Notes: generated by a model from the sequence alone, not told the origin. A DNA stretch of 64,000 bases from Octopus bimaculoides (GCF_001194135.2 NC_068996.1:22315183-22379182), one strand, 5' to 3'; counted from the stretch's first letter, positions 27,242 to 40,902 are shown. Translations and numbers: made by a program.

Positions 27242-27353
27242 ACAAATATTTCCCGGCTCATCAGTGGAATGGCCTCCTCCAAGTATTAGGGAGAATGTTC
27301 TTTATCTGTATAGCTGCAAGAGTCGCTTGGGATTATACACAGAGCCAGATTAA
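27242..27353 (+). pseudogene. Duplicate of the 24894-25005 terminal exon with mutated acceptor (cccag to cccgg)
   Basis: About 112 bp with 5 substitutions counted by eye; homology ends at the TAA. Confidence 0.75.
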
Positions 27354-27400
27354 GATTGTAGTCTACTAGGCTTATAAGCACTAAATTTCTTGAGCCTACA

Positions 27401-27502
27401 CGTGTCTGTGGAGTGCTCAGCCACTTGCACGTTAATTTCACGAGCAGGCTGTTCCGTTGATCGGATCAACTGGAGCCCTCGACGTCGTAAGCGATGGAGT
27501 GC

Positions 27503-27513
<11 letters not shown>
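27401..27513 (+). mobile_element. 3' fragment of family A SINE
   Basis: CACGTGTCTGTGGAGTGCTCAGCC...GAGTGCCAACAACAAC. Confidence 0.85.
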
Positions 27514-27544
<31 letters not shown>

Positions 27545-27593
27545 AAACTAGTAAGAAAATCTCTGTTGAAGACAGAAGCAATATACGAACCAA

Positions 27594-28133
27594 GAGGTAG
27601 TGTTTATCCCCATTTTAATGTGTGTTCTCTAAGAGACAATACTGCAATTTTAACCCCAGGAAGAGACCTCTTCCAGCAGGCTTTTTCAGTGCACTTTCCG
27701 CACTCGATATTTATTACAAGTGGGAGATAACTCTTACCATCCTAGGTTTGATACCACCAAACCATGTGATTTCAGTCTTATTGGATTGCATACTGCTTCT
27801 TTCTCAAACAGAGATATTCTAACTGACTAGTTTCCTAGTTACAGAATCAGTGATTGTATGACACTGTATTTTCTATATATTGCAAGTGAGGTTAAACTAT
27901 TGCCAAGCCTGGCAAATGAGTGCCCACCACTGAAGAGATCCAATAAGTTCGAAATCATATAGCCTGGTGGTCTCACAGCTAGGATGGCAGGAGTTACCTC
28001 ATGCTTGCAATAAATATCAAGTGTAGAAAGCGAACTGAATAAATCAGCTGGAAGAGATGTCTTCCTGAGGTTAAAACTGCAATTTCATCATCTCTTAGAG
28101 AATATCCACATTAAAATGGGGATAAACACTACC
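27594..28133. mobile_element. Foldback/MITE-like element with about 190-bp imperfect terminal inverted repeats
   Basis: AGGTAGTGTTTATCCCCATTTTAATGTG at 27595 versus CACATTAAAATGGGGATAAACACTACCT ending 28133; similarity continues inward. Confidence 0.75.
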
Positions 28134-28153
28134 TATATATATAGTTATATATA

Positions 28154-29723
28154 TCTATATATATAAAAATGAGAATGTGTGTGTCTGTCTGTCTGTCTGT
28201 CTGTGTGAATCCCTAAAACTCGAGAACTACGCAACCAATTTCATTCAAATTTTACACATGCCCTACTTAGGGTTCCAGTTGTGTTTTAGTCAAAAAAAAT
28301 TATTAACTTCTTGCAGAGTTCGAGCACACGGCAACATAATATCTCCTCCACTATTTAAGTATTACGTGTCAAAAGTGAAACAAAAACACTCATGTCAAAT
28401 ACTTTCACTTTACAAATGAAACTATTCCACTAACTGAAACAATCACATTTTGATACTGTAGTGACAGATACNNNNNNNNNNNNNNNNNNNNNNNNNNNNN
28501 NNNNNNNNNNNNNNNNNNNNNNNNNNNNNNNNNNNNNNNNNNNNNNNNNNNNNNNNNNNNNNNNNNNNNNNNNNNNNNNNNNNNNNNNNNNNNNNNNNNN
28601 NNNNNNNNNNNNNNNNNNNNNNNNNNNNNNNNNNNNNNNNNNNNNNNNNNNNNNNNNNNNNNNNNNNNNNNNNNNNNNNNNNNNNNNNNNNNNNNNNNNN
28701 NNNNNNNNNNNNNNNNNNNNNNNNNNNNNNNNNNNNNNNNNNNNNNNNNNNNNNNNNNNNNNNNNNNNNNNNNNNNNNNNNNNNNNNNNNNNNNNNNNNN
28801 NNNNNNNNNNNNNNNNNNNNNNNNNNNNNNNNNNNNNNNNNNNNNNNNNNNNNNNNNNNNNNNNNNNNNNNNNNNNNNNNNNNNNNNNNNNNNNNNNNNN
28901 NNNNNNNNNNNNNNNNNNNNNNNNNNNNNNNNNNNNNNNNNNNNNNNNNNNNNNNNNNNNNNNNNNNNNNNNNNNNNNNNNNNNNNNNNNNNNNNNNNNN
29001 NNNNNNNNNNNNNNNNNNNNNNNNNNNNNNNNNNNNNNNNNNNNNNNNNNNNNNNNNNNNNNNNNNNNNNNNNNNNNNNNNNNNNNNNNNNNNNNNNNNN
29101 NNNNNNNNNNNNNNNNNNNNNNNNNNNNNNNNNNNNNNNNNNNNNNNNNNNNNNNNNNNNNNNNNNNNNNNNNNNNNNNNNNNNNNNNNNNNNNNNNNNN
29201 NNNNNNNNNNNNNNNNNNNNNNNNNNNNNNNNNNNNNNNNNNNNNNNNNNNNNNNNNNNNNNNNNNNNNNNNNNNNNNNNNNNNNNNNNNNNNNNNNNNN
29301 NNNNNNNNNNNNNNNNNNNNNNNNNNNNNNNNNNNNNNNNNNNNNNNNNNNNNNNNNNNNNNNNNNNNNNNNNNNNNNNNNNNNNNNNNNNNNNNNNNNN
29401 NNNNNNNNNNNNNNNNNNNNNNNNNNNNNNNNNNNNNNNNNNNAACAAAAAACCTATTTGTATATGCTCCACAAGGGAAAACAAGGAACATAGTTTACAA
29501 TGAGGTGTTATAATCACAACAGCAAGAAAGTATGTACATGATCACCTTCTTTTACGAAACTTCATTGACTTTCATATATTTATATTGATATACATATATA
29601 TACGTGTGTTTGGGTGCGTGTGTGTATATACATCTCTCTATATAAAGATGATACGTAGTCTAGACAGCATTTTTAGATTTCATTATTCTCTTTAACCCGG
29701 GCAACGCCGGGTATTTCTACTAG
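28154..29723 (+). mobile_element. Helitron (non-autonomous or gapped)
   Basis: A|TC 5' end, 3' hairpin CCCGGGCAACGCCGGG then CTAG|T, and RepHel C-terminal peptide KNLFVYAPQGKTRNIVYNEVL* at 29444-29513; middle is N. Confidence 0.88.
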
Positions 29724-29865
29724 TATATATATATATATATATATATTTTGAACTGTAGAACTCAAAGTAGATAATGCTAAAAATAACATGTACTTATTTA
29801 CAAGTTCTGTTTTTATTTCACATCACTCAAAGTTTCTAAATTCTTATGACATATGACACACTCAC

Positions 29866-29934
29866 AAACTCCAGATAATCTTCATTCTCACCAGAAAATG
29901 GGGTTGACAGATGGTCATGAGAATTTAGTCTTTC
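29866..29934 (-). CDS. Candidate 69-nt symmetric exon (ERLNSHDHLSTPFSGENEDYLEF)
   Basis: ttttttataaag| ... TTT|gtgagt; strong sites, open phase 0-0. Confidence 0.65.
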
Positions 29935-30794
29935 CTTTATAAAAAAATGCATCACCCACCATAAGTTAGTAATTAGTGACTTCAGAATAAGGGCTAGATG
30001 GACCAAGTGATGTAGAAGCAAAATTCAGTGAAGTACGAATTAAAGCATTTCATGACAAGGGAGAGGAGACAGAAACTTATAACAAAGAGAAAAATCTAGG
30101 AGTGTCTTCAGAGCAACCTGTTTCTGCTTGAAGGCCTCAACCAATCAGAAGGTAACATGGTGGAGCAGTAGATATGGCTATATAACAGACGGGATAGGGT
30201 AAATTGGAAGAAACAGGGTAGCCAGCAAAAAAAATAAATAAATAAATAAAAAAGCTATGAGATGCTAGACATCAAATATACTCTACTTACATGTGATTTG
30301 CAATGTAAAAGATCAGCATTACAAGGTGTTTTGTATTACTAAACAGTGTACTAAAGAGAATTGTGTTATCATTGGGAAGAAAAGTAATATACAAAAACAC
30401 ACACACACATATATATAGTAAACAAATAAAAGAATGTGTGTGTGTGTGCGTGCGCGCGCGCGCATGGAAAATTGCTTTCTGACTCTTCTCTGAAGATAGA
30501 GAATACATAGAAGATAATCTATCCCAACAAACCTGACAGAGGGATTGGCCATCCAAGTTGACAACAGGTGGATAAAATATGAAGGCAAAGAAAGCAGCTG
30601 GCCCAATAGAGATAGTCATTGTGCACTTGAATTAATCCATCACATAATAGATGAAAGCATTTATAGTCAATGACAGGTACAATAGCACCAGTGTCAACTG
30701 TAAGAAAGGCAAAGGAGACATGATAGAGAAAGAGGAAACTACAAAGATATCAAACTGTGGAACCAGGTCATAGAAGCTACAGAAAGAGTTCTTT

Positions 30795-31163
30795 TATTCT
30801 TTTACTTGCTTCAATCACTTGACAGTGGCCATGCTGGTGCACTGCCTTTAGTCAAACAAATCAACCCCAGGACTTATTCTTTGTAAGCCTAGTGCTTATT
30901 CTATTGGTCTCTTTTGCTGAACTGCTAAGTTAGGGGATGTAAATACACCAACATTGGTTGTCAAGCGATGGTGTCGGGACAGACACACAATTACATATAT
31001 ATATATATATACACAACAGGCTTCTTTCAGTTTCCATCTACCAAATCCACTCAAGGATTTGGTCGGCATGAGGCTATAGTAGAAGACACTTGCCCAAGGT
31101 GCCATGCAAACCCAGAACCATATGGTTGGGAAGCAAGAGTCTTACCACACGGCCACTCCTGCA
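30795..31163 (-). mobile_element. tRNA-derived SINE, family B
   Basis: Aligns to 14860-15271. Confidence 0.8.
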
Positions 31164-31554
31164 CCGATACACTGCCACTCCTGTTGCAAAATTGATTAGG
31201 AATGGGTTTAGATGAAATGTGATGCAGTTATTTGTGGAGGTGATATTCTGAAATCAACATCAATATATCATGGTTTCAACTTTTGACGCAAGATCGTCAA
31301 TTTTAGGGAGAAAGGGGTAAGTTGATTACATTGACTCCAGTACTTAAATGGTATTTTATATTATCAATCCCAAAAGGATGAAAGGCAAAAATGATCTCAG
31401 TAGGATTTGAACTCAGCATGTAAAGAGCCAGAAAAAATGTCACTAAGCACTTTGTTTAATCTTTTTAATGATTCTGCCAGCTCACTCACTTCATCAATTT
31501 ATAATATCAATCCATAATATAACCAGATTAACAGAAAATGACAAAGTGGAATTG

Positions 31555-32435
31555 TTAAGAGAATAGAAAGAAAAGGGTATAAGAATTACTGTACTAAATT
31601 TCAGGTGTGGAAGCAAGGTCTGGAATCTAAGGGCCTTAGAGTCAATTTAGCTAAGACCAAAGTTCTAGCAAGTAGGAAAACAGACAAATCACAAATCCCT
31701 TCAGGTAGATAGCCCTGTTTAATATGTAGGATAGGTGTTGACAAAAACTCCATACAATGTACCTAGTGCATGCTATGAAGACATAAGAGGAGCAGTGGTG
31801 TCACAGGAATGTTAACAGAGAACGTCTTCGTGCGTGGTAGATGTGCAGTTACAATGAACACTAAGGATGTGCAAAGAATAGACTTCCTCAAATGTTGGGG
31901 GGGTGTCGTTAGAAATACATAGCTTATGTTACCTAGGTAACCAAATTAGCAGTGGAAGAGGGAGCTCTGAAAGCATAGTTGCTAGAATAAGAACATGCTG
32001 GACAAAGTTCAAAGAACTACTAACTTTGCTAGAAGAGTGAAAGGCAGATTGTAGGATGCCTGTGTATGTACAACTATGCTATGTGGCAGTGAAATATGAG
32101 CAGTGACTACAGAGGACATGCAAAGGCTTGAAAGAAATGAAGCTGAAGCCAGCATGCTCTGCTGGATGGGTAATGACAGTGAGTAATGGATTAAAGAGAA
32201 AACAGTTGAAGTGTGTAAGAGAGAAGACTACATTGGTATGGTTAAATGATGCATATGGATGAAGACAGCTGTGTCTAATTGTAGAGGGAACCTGGAGAAG
32301 TGGTAGACCCAGGAAGATGTGGGACGAAATGGTGAAAGAGGATTTTCAGACATTGGGCCTCACAGAGGAGATAAGGGATTGAGACTTCTAGCAATTCGCT
32401 GTGCTTGAGAAGACATGTCAAGCCCAGTAAAATCG
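31555..32435 (+). pseudogene. RTE-clade LINE 3' fragment, decayed
   Basis: KFQVWKQGLESKGLRVNLAKTK, zinc-finger-like insert, DSFCYLG-like, RPRKMWDEMV; 3' tail ending CAAGCCCAGTAAAATCGTAGCC. Confidence 0.85.
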
Positions 32436-34871
32436 TAGCCATCCATACATATAGATATGTTTTTACAGCCATGTTCCACCATTCCCTCCCTCCCTCCCTC
32501 AGCTGGGAGGATCCTGTCATGTAGGCTCATGGGTGCTGGTGTCACATGAAAGCACCCATGCTGGTGTCACATAAAAGGCACCAGAGCCGGTGCAATGTAA
32601 AAGATACCCATGCCAGTGCCACGTCTAAAGTACATGTGCCGGTGCCACATATCAGACATACATGCCAGTGCCATATAAGGCACCCGTGACAGTGCATTTG
32701 AATGAAAATGCCTTGTGGTATTAACTGCATCTCCAAGACATTTCCTTGTCACTGGCAATATTAGAAATAATGCAGAGAAACAGGATCTGTTCAGTTAGAA
32801 CACCAATAACTAACAATGCTATTGTTCACAAAATGAATAATAATATAGATTTAATCAAAAGATTAAATGTGGTACTTAAAATGTTTGAGGCACCAGAATT
32901 TGGTAGGGTAAAAAACCAAAAACAAAATCAAGAGATTTGGTGAATAAAATTTGAAGTTAAGCAACAAAAATTCAATAGGTTATAGCAGTACGTACGTTTC
33001 GTACAAGCTCCATTTATTCATGTAGTGAGAACACCACAGAATGTACAATGAAAATGTACTCCTCAGCTGCATAATAGAATTTCATTTTAGAAAGACATTT
33101 TGANNNNNNNNNNNNNNNNNNNNNNNNNNNNNNNNNNNNNNNNNNNNNNNNNNNNNNNNNNNNNNNNNNNNNNNNNNNNNNNNNNNNNNNNNNNNNNNNN
33201 NNNNNNNNNNNNNNNNNNNNNNNNNNNNNNNNNNNNNNNNNNNNNNNNNNNNNNNNNNNNNNNNNNNNNNNNNNNNNNNNNNNNNNNNNNNNNNNNNNNN
33301 NNNNNNNNNNNNNNNNNNNNNNNNNNNNNNNNNNNNNNNNNNNNNNNNNNNNNNNNNNNNNNNNNNNNNNNNNNNNNNNNNNNNNNNNNNNNNNNNNNNN
33401 NNNNNNNNNNNNNNNNNNNNNNNNNNNNNNNNNNNNNNNNNNNNNNNNNNNNNNNNNNNNNNNTTTACCATGATATAAGAGTATGAAACCATTTCAGATT
33501 TGCAGGTTATTAACTTAATTTCCCCTACCCACCAACCCACATACAGACCACCACTACTTTTCTGAAACTCTGGTTTATATTTCCTCTTAAATTATTGACA
33601 GTGTGTAAAGGGTGGGGTGGGGTGGGAGTGGAGCAATTCTCCCTTCCCCTCTTACCTACCCCTCATTCCTTCCCAATTTAGTTGTCTCCCTAACAGTAGG
33701 AAGGGAGAAAAGAAAATAATGGAGAGAGAGAGAGAATATACTAAATGAAGGTGTAAGGAGGGGAAGAAGAGGAAAAGATAAGTGAATGAAACTTAGCAAG
33801 ATTACAAGAGATTTGACCCTAAAATGTGTGTGTGTGTAGGAGAGAAAGAGCAATAGTATTTAAGAGAGAGGGGAGTGGAGAATATTCTGCAAGGCATACT
33901 ATGTTCCCTGAATCCCACCCTATCCAAGAGGTTGGGGCAATTAGTGTGATGGGGAATGGGAGGTCAGGGGGGGATGTACAGAGCCAGTCAGTGGTAGAAG
34001 GAAGATGTAAAAGACAAAAGAGGGGAAAAAAACAAACAATAAACTCCACCAAAAGAACAAAGTTTAGTGAATGAAAAGTCACATTAGTCTGTTTTCAGTT
34101 GCTTTTCCTTTTTTCTTTTCAAGTTATTACAATAATAATAGCAGCAGTAGCACCAGAAACTAGCCTAGTTTCAGTAATCTGTTTTTGTTATAGGTTCTTT
34201 TTTCTCTTTTCCTTTTTGCAGGATGGGGAGGAGGAAGAGGAGGAAGAGGAGAAACAGAGAAAAATTTGGGAGACAGAAAAACTATGTATGAAGCTATGTA
34301 TAATGCTAAGCAGAAAAAATATTTTTCAGAGTCATTGAATATNNNNNNNNNNNNNNNNNNNNNNNNNNNNNNNNNNNNNNNNNNNNNNNNNNNNNNNNTA
34401 TATATAACCATATTTAAAAGTGTTTTAGAATGCTACTACAAAGTAAGTTGAGAAAAGGAGAGAAAACAAACTCTAAAGTAAAAAAAAAAAAAAACACTTC
34501 CTTATATGTAATTAAGGCCTTAAAAATCCCTTTATCAAGAGAAAAATGAATGAGCTTAATTATGATACACATATGTGTAAAATAGGTAGTTGTGATGTGT
34601 GCAAATTAGGTAGCATTACATTGAACATTTAACATATCACACAGCTCTTGTCTGTTGTTGATGGTGGGGTTTTACTGGTTTGATAAGAACAAGAAATTCA
34701 AAAATCTCCAGGATTCCATACTGTGGTTGTGATGGTGGCTATAATATCTTGGTTATGACATCTCTCCAGATTTTTTTATTATTATTATTATTATTAATAG
34801 ATGAACCATTTGTATCAGTGTGTCATATAATAGAGATTAAGTGCAGTTAGAAACTGGTGCTTCTGACATAC

Positions 34872-35175
34872 GTTCCCAGCATTTATTACACATAATGTGA
34901 TACACCAGGCAGACCCATAAACATATGTCCACTTTGTTCATAAGGTCATTGATCAGTGTTCATACACTGTTGCTGTATATAGGTGATTCCTAGGCTTTTT
35001 TTTTTTTTTCTTCTTCCACGAAAGAGCAGTTTTTCCTTGATTGATTGCCGGTCAATTGCAGCAATAATTCAATTATCAAAATGTAGCAACTTAGAAAGCA
35101 AATGTTCACTTAAGCTATGAACTTACTTTGGGAATAACATTTTAGTTCCAGGCTGGTATTTTGCAAAGGATGTTC
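34872..35175 (-). CDS. Two candidate exons (35127-35175, 49 nt; 34872-34931, 60 nt)
   Basis: tatctttag|...AAA|gtaagt and gaacaaag|...AAC|gtatgt; frame uncertain (EHPLQNTSLELKCYSQ-MDICLWVCLVYHIMCNKCWE if phase 0). Confidence 0.4.
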
Positions 35176-37749
35176 CTAAAGATAGTTTTCTTGTGGAAGT
35201 TGGTATTAATAAATGCCTTCTATGATTTTCAAGTCAGAAATCAGGCAAACATAATTGATCATAGGTTTGACTAAAAATGTTCATATAATCAAAGGTGTTC
35301 CAGCCATGACCATCCTGTCTTTGGGTATTGCATATTTAGAACAACCTTATCAGATGTGTTCATTTTTCCTCAAGGTAGGTTTAATTTGAAGATTTTGTAG
35401 CTTTCATTTATTTTCTAACAAATTGACTGGCTCATGAACAAATTAGGTTCCTCAACAGTTCATGAATGCATAGCTTCAATACATAGTTCATACTTTGCAT
35501 ATTCAATGTCTTCTTACTATTTTTGTATTTAAAAAATTTAGATGATGGGAAGTAACACTGGAAGGGAATTAACAGATGTCTATTGTTAGGAATGCAGTAC
35601 AAGAGAATCCAAAACTATAGTCTCTAGTGAGTGCTAATAAAAGATAATAATAGCAATTGCTGATCCTCTACATTTTTAGCAATAACATGTGTTACTTCTT
35701 TTCCAAGGAATTTGTTTATTGCAGTTAAACCCAACATTATTTTGCTGTTTAACCCCTTAGCATTCAGATTTCTTTGTCAAATTGATTGCTTATTTATTCA
35801 CATTGTTTTGAATTAATCACATTATCTTGTAGCTTCAAAATTTCAATGTGTTTGTATATTTTTAGAATGACATTGTAGGGTAGATATGAGAGGTTGGGTA
35901 TGATTGATTTTAACATAAAACACTTAAAATATTTGGGCCAGATATGACTGCATTATATGCTAAAGGGTTATAATAGTACTATAACATCACTGAAAAATGG
36001 GTTTCGGAATTAATTTGTGCCATGTGCCCCTAGTGCTTCCCTATAGCTATCTACATTTAATCAGCCAAAAACATCCATCTTACTCTTAACTCCTTGAGCA
36101 TCTTCAGGCAGTCACTGGCTGTAAACAGCAAGATTTTAATTATCTACAATATGATCACCATGTCAGTACTCTTTTTACTCNNNNNNNNNNNNNNNNNNNN
36201 NNNNNNNNNNNNNNNNNNNNNNNNNNNNNNNNNNNNNNNNNNNNNNNNNNNNNNNNNNNNNNNNNNNNNNNNNNNNNNNNNNNNNNNNNNNNNNNNNNNN
36301 NNNNNNNNNNNNNNNNNNNNNNNNNNNNNNNNNNNNNNNNNNNNNNNNNNNNNNNNNNNNNNNNNNNNNNNNNNNNNNNNNNNNNNNNNNNNNNNNNNNN
36401 NNNNNNNNNNNNNNNAGTAGAAGACACTTGCCCAAGATGCCACACAGTGGGACTGAACCCGGAACCATGTGGTTGGTAAGCAAGCTATTTACCACACAGC
36501 CACTCCTATGCCTAACTTCTCAAACATTGTATCTTAATACAGAAAACAAATTTAAAAACAAGTAATCTTGGATAAAAAAAAAATTCCACAAAATAAATTT
36601 AACCCTTTAGCATTCAGATTACTCTGTCAAATTTGATGCTTATTTATTTACATTGCTTTAAATTAATCATGCATTATCTTGTAGCTTTGAGATTTTGATG
36701 ATGTGATTACAATTTTTAGAATGACATTGTATGTTAAGTGTAAGAGGCTGGATCTGGCTAGTTTAAACATAAAACAGCAGAATATTTGAAATGGATATGG
36801 CCGGCATATGCAACAAATTTACAAGAATAATAAAATATACCAGTTATAAAAGATACTTGAAAATATCTATCTTTCACTTGTTTCAGTCATTGGACAGCAG
36901 CCATACTGGGGCACTGCCTTGAAGGATTTAGTTGAACAAATCACCCCAGAAGTTATTTTTAATTTTGATATTTGTTCTATCGGTCTCTTTTGCTGAATAT
37001 AAACAAACCGACACCAGTTGTCAAACAGTGGACACACACACACACAGTTCCTATCTACCAAATTCACTCATAAGACATTGGTTAGTCCAGGACTATAGTA
37101 GAAAACATTTGTCCAAAGAGTCACACAGTGGAACTGAACCTGAAATCATATGGTTGCAAAGCAAGCTTTTTAACCACATAGCCATGCTAATACCTATTTG
37201 TGTAATTTTCTCTCTCTCTCTATTATTATTATTAATTACCGGATACAGAACAGGTTAATGTTTCAATTATCAATTACATTTGATACTTCACATTTAAAAC
37301 AAAAAAAAAAATTGTTTACCCATCAAAAATTTTACAAGTGCTTGAAATTGCTTGATTCAGCTATGATTGATTATCATCTGTTAAATGTCCATTCCTCATG
37401 GTGGCATGGGATAAATGGTTTGACAAGATCTGGTGAGCCACAGGGCTGTGTGAAGCTCCAATGTCAGTTCTGTCTTGGTTTCTACAGCCAGATGCCTTTC
37501 CTAATGTCAACCACTTCAGTGCGTACTGGGTGTTATTTTTGTGCCACCAGCACTAGTGAGGTTGCCAAGTAATTTGCAAGACAGAAGAAAAAAAAACCCT
37601 CCACAATTAAATATGAGAGGAGTATTTGGGAAGGGGAGGAGGTTTAACACTAAGTATTGAGAGGCTAAAATATGATAGGGAAACAAAAACAGATGTCTTA
37701 ATATAAAGGAGATACATGTCTACCCCAAAGTAATTTGAACTTGACTCAC

Positions 37750-37762
37750 TGAGGGGATAAAA
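37750..37762 (-). CDS. Candidate 13-nt microexon TTTTATCCCCTCA
   Basis: ctgttgtatttag| ... |gtgagt. Confidence 0.35.
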
Positions 37763-37941
37763 CTAAATACAACAGTGTATTTAGGCTGTTACTCTAATGA
37801 CACTACAACCCAAACAAATTTAAAATAACAACACAAAACTATATAAATGGTGTTAAGAGTTACTGTGTCAATGTTACAAATTTAAAAGCAACCATCCCAT
37901 GAAGCCTATCTCATAAACATTTAACTACTAGTTTAAGGAGT

Positions 37942-38307
37942 TGTTGTTGTTGGCACTCCGTCGCTTACGACGTCCAGGGCTCCAGTTGAACCGATCAACA
38001 AACAGCCTGCTCATCAAATTAACGTGCAAGTGGCTGAGCACTCCACAGACACGTGTGCCCTTAACGTAGTTCTCGGGAGATATTCAGCGTGACACTGTGT
38101 GACAAGGCTAACCCTTTGAATTACAGGCACAACAGAAACAGGAAGTAAGAGTGAGAGAAAGTTGTACAGCAGGGTTCACCACCATCCCCTGCCAGAGCTT
38201 TAGGTGTTTTCGCTCAATAAACATTCACACACCCGGTCTGGGAATCGAAACCGCGATCCTATGACCACAAGTCCGATGCCCTAACCACTGGGCCATTGTG
38301 CCTCCAC
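37942..38307 (-). mobile_element. tRNA-derived SINE, family A
   Basis: Reverse complement of 227-616; 12-bp TSD AGT(T/C)TAAGGAGT. Confidence 0.9.
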
Positions 38308-38507
38308 GAGTCTAAGGAGTAGATAGATACTAAATAAGCACTGATATCAACGGATTTGGAACAGGCAGGGATGTGTGGTTAAGAAATTTGCTTCCCAGGC
38401 ATATGGTTTCACATTTAGTCACATTACATGGCACCCTAGGCAAGTGCATCCGGTTATGACTCCAGGCCAACCTAAACAATTGGAGTGAACTTGAGAGACA
38501 GAAACTG

Positions 38508-38547
<40 letters not shown>

Positions 38548-39971
38548 TAGAGAGAGAGAAAGAGAGAGAGAGTGTGCGTGTGCGTGTGTGTTTACATATG
38601 TGCCTTTCTGAAAAATCACTAAGCCACTTCTGCCAGCAAATCACGCACTAGCTTTGTGACTTCAAAGATGTGAAGATTAAGATACCCTTCAACTAAAAAA
38701 GCATGCAAAGGTTAGTGATAAGAAGCATCCAGTTGTAAAACAATACCTCACTAATAACTCACAGTAATTTGGGGGAAATGGACACAAAAGCAAGCAAGGA
38801 TTATTATCTGGTACAGAACACTGTATGAATTAACAAGAGATTCCACAATGTGGTTGACCAACCTGCTAGAAATAGACAAATATCTTCCTAAAACCAGATA
38901 CCGCTATCTTAAAAAAGAAATACTGTGTATAATGCAGTCTCTAGATATATAATCTTGGAAGAAAAAATGGAAATGGATGGTCATAAGTGGAATGGCTTTG
39001 CTTGGTCATGAGTGCTGGGTCAGAACTAACCAGGTGTTAAACAACATTATCAAAAGCATTTCTAAAGCGGCAAGTGGCAGAAACATTAGCAGGCTTGACA
39101 AAATGCTTAGCGGTATTTGATGTTGCTATGCTTTGAGTTCACCATCCTTTCAGGGTCAATAAATTAAGTACCACTGAAACACTGTGGTCAATGTAATTGA
39201 CCTCAGGCCTTATGCCTTTCAGGCAAATTTCAGGCATTGTGTCTTTAGTAGAAAGGATTATCAAAAGCATTTCAGCTATGACCACCTATTTTTTTTTTTT
39301 CAAGCATTGCCTACCAAGCGGTACATTATCTAAATGTGCACTTGTCAAATTTTTGGCATTCAGATTACACTGTCAAATGTAATGCTCATTATTCACATTG
39401 TTTTGAATTACTCATGCATTAACTTGAGATGTCAATGATGTGATTGTTTACTTTTATAATGACACTGTAGGCTAAGTGTGAGAGGCTGGATATGACCAGT
39501 TTGAACATAAAACAGGTAGAAATATTTGGGCCAGATATGGTCAGTTTAAATGCTAAAGGAAGAAGGCAGCAGAATGAGATTTAAAGGAGATCTGTCTGCT
39601 CTTCGTAAGAGGTTGAGAGACCACTTGGAAGCTCCTATACTGGTTTGTCATCAGGTACCTAATCTCAATACCTAAATGAAATGCAGTAATGTAGGGCAGT
39701 GTTCAGTACAAAAACAACAGAGGATGGGAGATAGATCTCCACTCTGATAAGACATCACTATCACTGATGCAAAAGAAGGTTGACATAATAAGGTGCTGTG
39801 TACAGAAACATGACTTAGAAGACAAAAGTAAATATTTGCTAAGACAGGACGCTACTGTCACAGATAACCTATTCCTGACATAAGTGTACCTTGGTAATGT
39901 AGAATGTGGATAACGTTCAAAAACGGAGAGAATAGGATAAATCTCTCCCTAGAATAAAATACCTATCTTAC

Positions 39972-40902
39972 AGGTAACTGTCCTCACATGATCTGGTACC
40001 TGTTGTTGGTAGCTAAGTGGGTTAAAGAAATATAGGATTTAAGTGTCGAACCTGGAATTAATAACAAAACTCTCAGTACTCAACATGAACTTACAACTAA
40101 TTGGTAAAGTCTTAGTAATCGCGTGTGTGTGTGTGTGTGTGCATGAGACATATTTTACGATAACAGTCAAGTGAGATAATCTGAATACATCTTATGAACA
40201 AGACTTCTCTAAATATTGTTCTTTGTGTGTGTACAATTAAGCAAACATATGTGCTTACTAATAAATAAAAAATGATTTAATACAAGTTTATACAAACACA
40301 CACATGGATAAACATATCATCATTTCTCATACACACACACATAGATAAACATATCATTTAACACACACACACATATTAAATTTTGAAGCTGAAACTTCAA
40401 AAGTTAAATAGTTTCATGTTACTTGAGGATCAGGAAATGTGTAACCCGTGATTTCTTAAGTATCAGCTTAAAAAAAAAAGAAATTGTATATAGGGTATCA
40501 AGTTGGTAGAAATGGTAGTAAGCCTAAACTAGATGCCTTATACTACTTAGTTTTAAGTAAAAGGAGAGAGAAAAAGCTAAGCTTTTTTTTTTTGTGGTAT
40601 TTACAGTCCTTTTATATTATGATGATGATGATGAAAAAAACTATACATAGGTGGAGCTGCATTCACCAGCCTCCTGGGAACATGTGTGAAGAAGCATAAA
40701 ATAACCTCTGGAGTATCATACTTGTTAAATAAGGTGAGCAAGGGAGGATACCAAAAGTTTCCTTGTCTCCTACCCCAATGCTTCATCTAACTTTTTGCTG
40801 TAGATGTGCACAGAAATTCACATTGTGTGCAAACTGTCTTCCTTTGCAAAATATGTGAACATCCATGCAAAGTACCCATTGCTCAAATGCTTTATTGATC
40901 AC
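39972..40902 (-). CDS. Three candidate small exons: 40876-40902 (27 nt, VINKAFEQW), 40423-40466 (44 nt, LILKKSRVTHFLIL), 39972-40012 (41 nt, YQQQVPDHVRTVT)
   Basis: AG/GT-bounded and mutually frame-compatible; the 40466 acceptor is a long T tract; donors only moderate. Confidence 0.4.

Noticed and set aside
39892-39950. AG/GT-bounded 59-nt unit (GEIYPILSVFERY...)
   Set aside because: Only about 22 nt from the neighbouring donor, too short for an intron; could only be a mutually exclusive alternative.
40649-40731. Plus-strand exon-like unit ending AAG|gtgagc
   Set aside because: Weak acceptor and no frame-compatible neighbours found.
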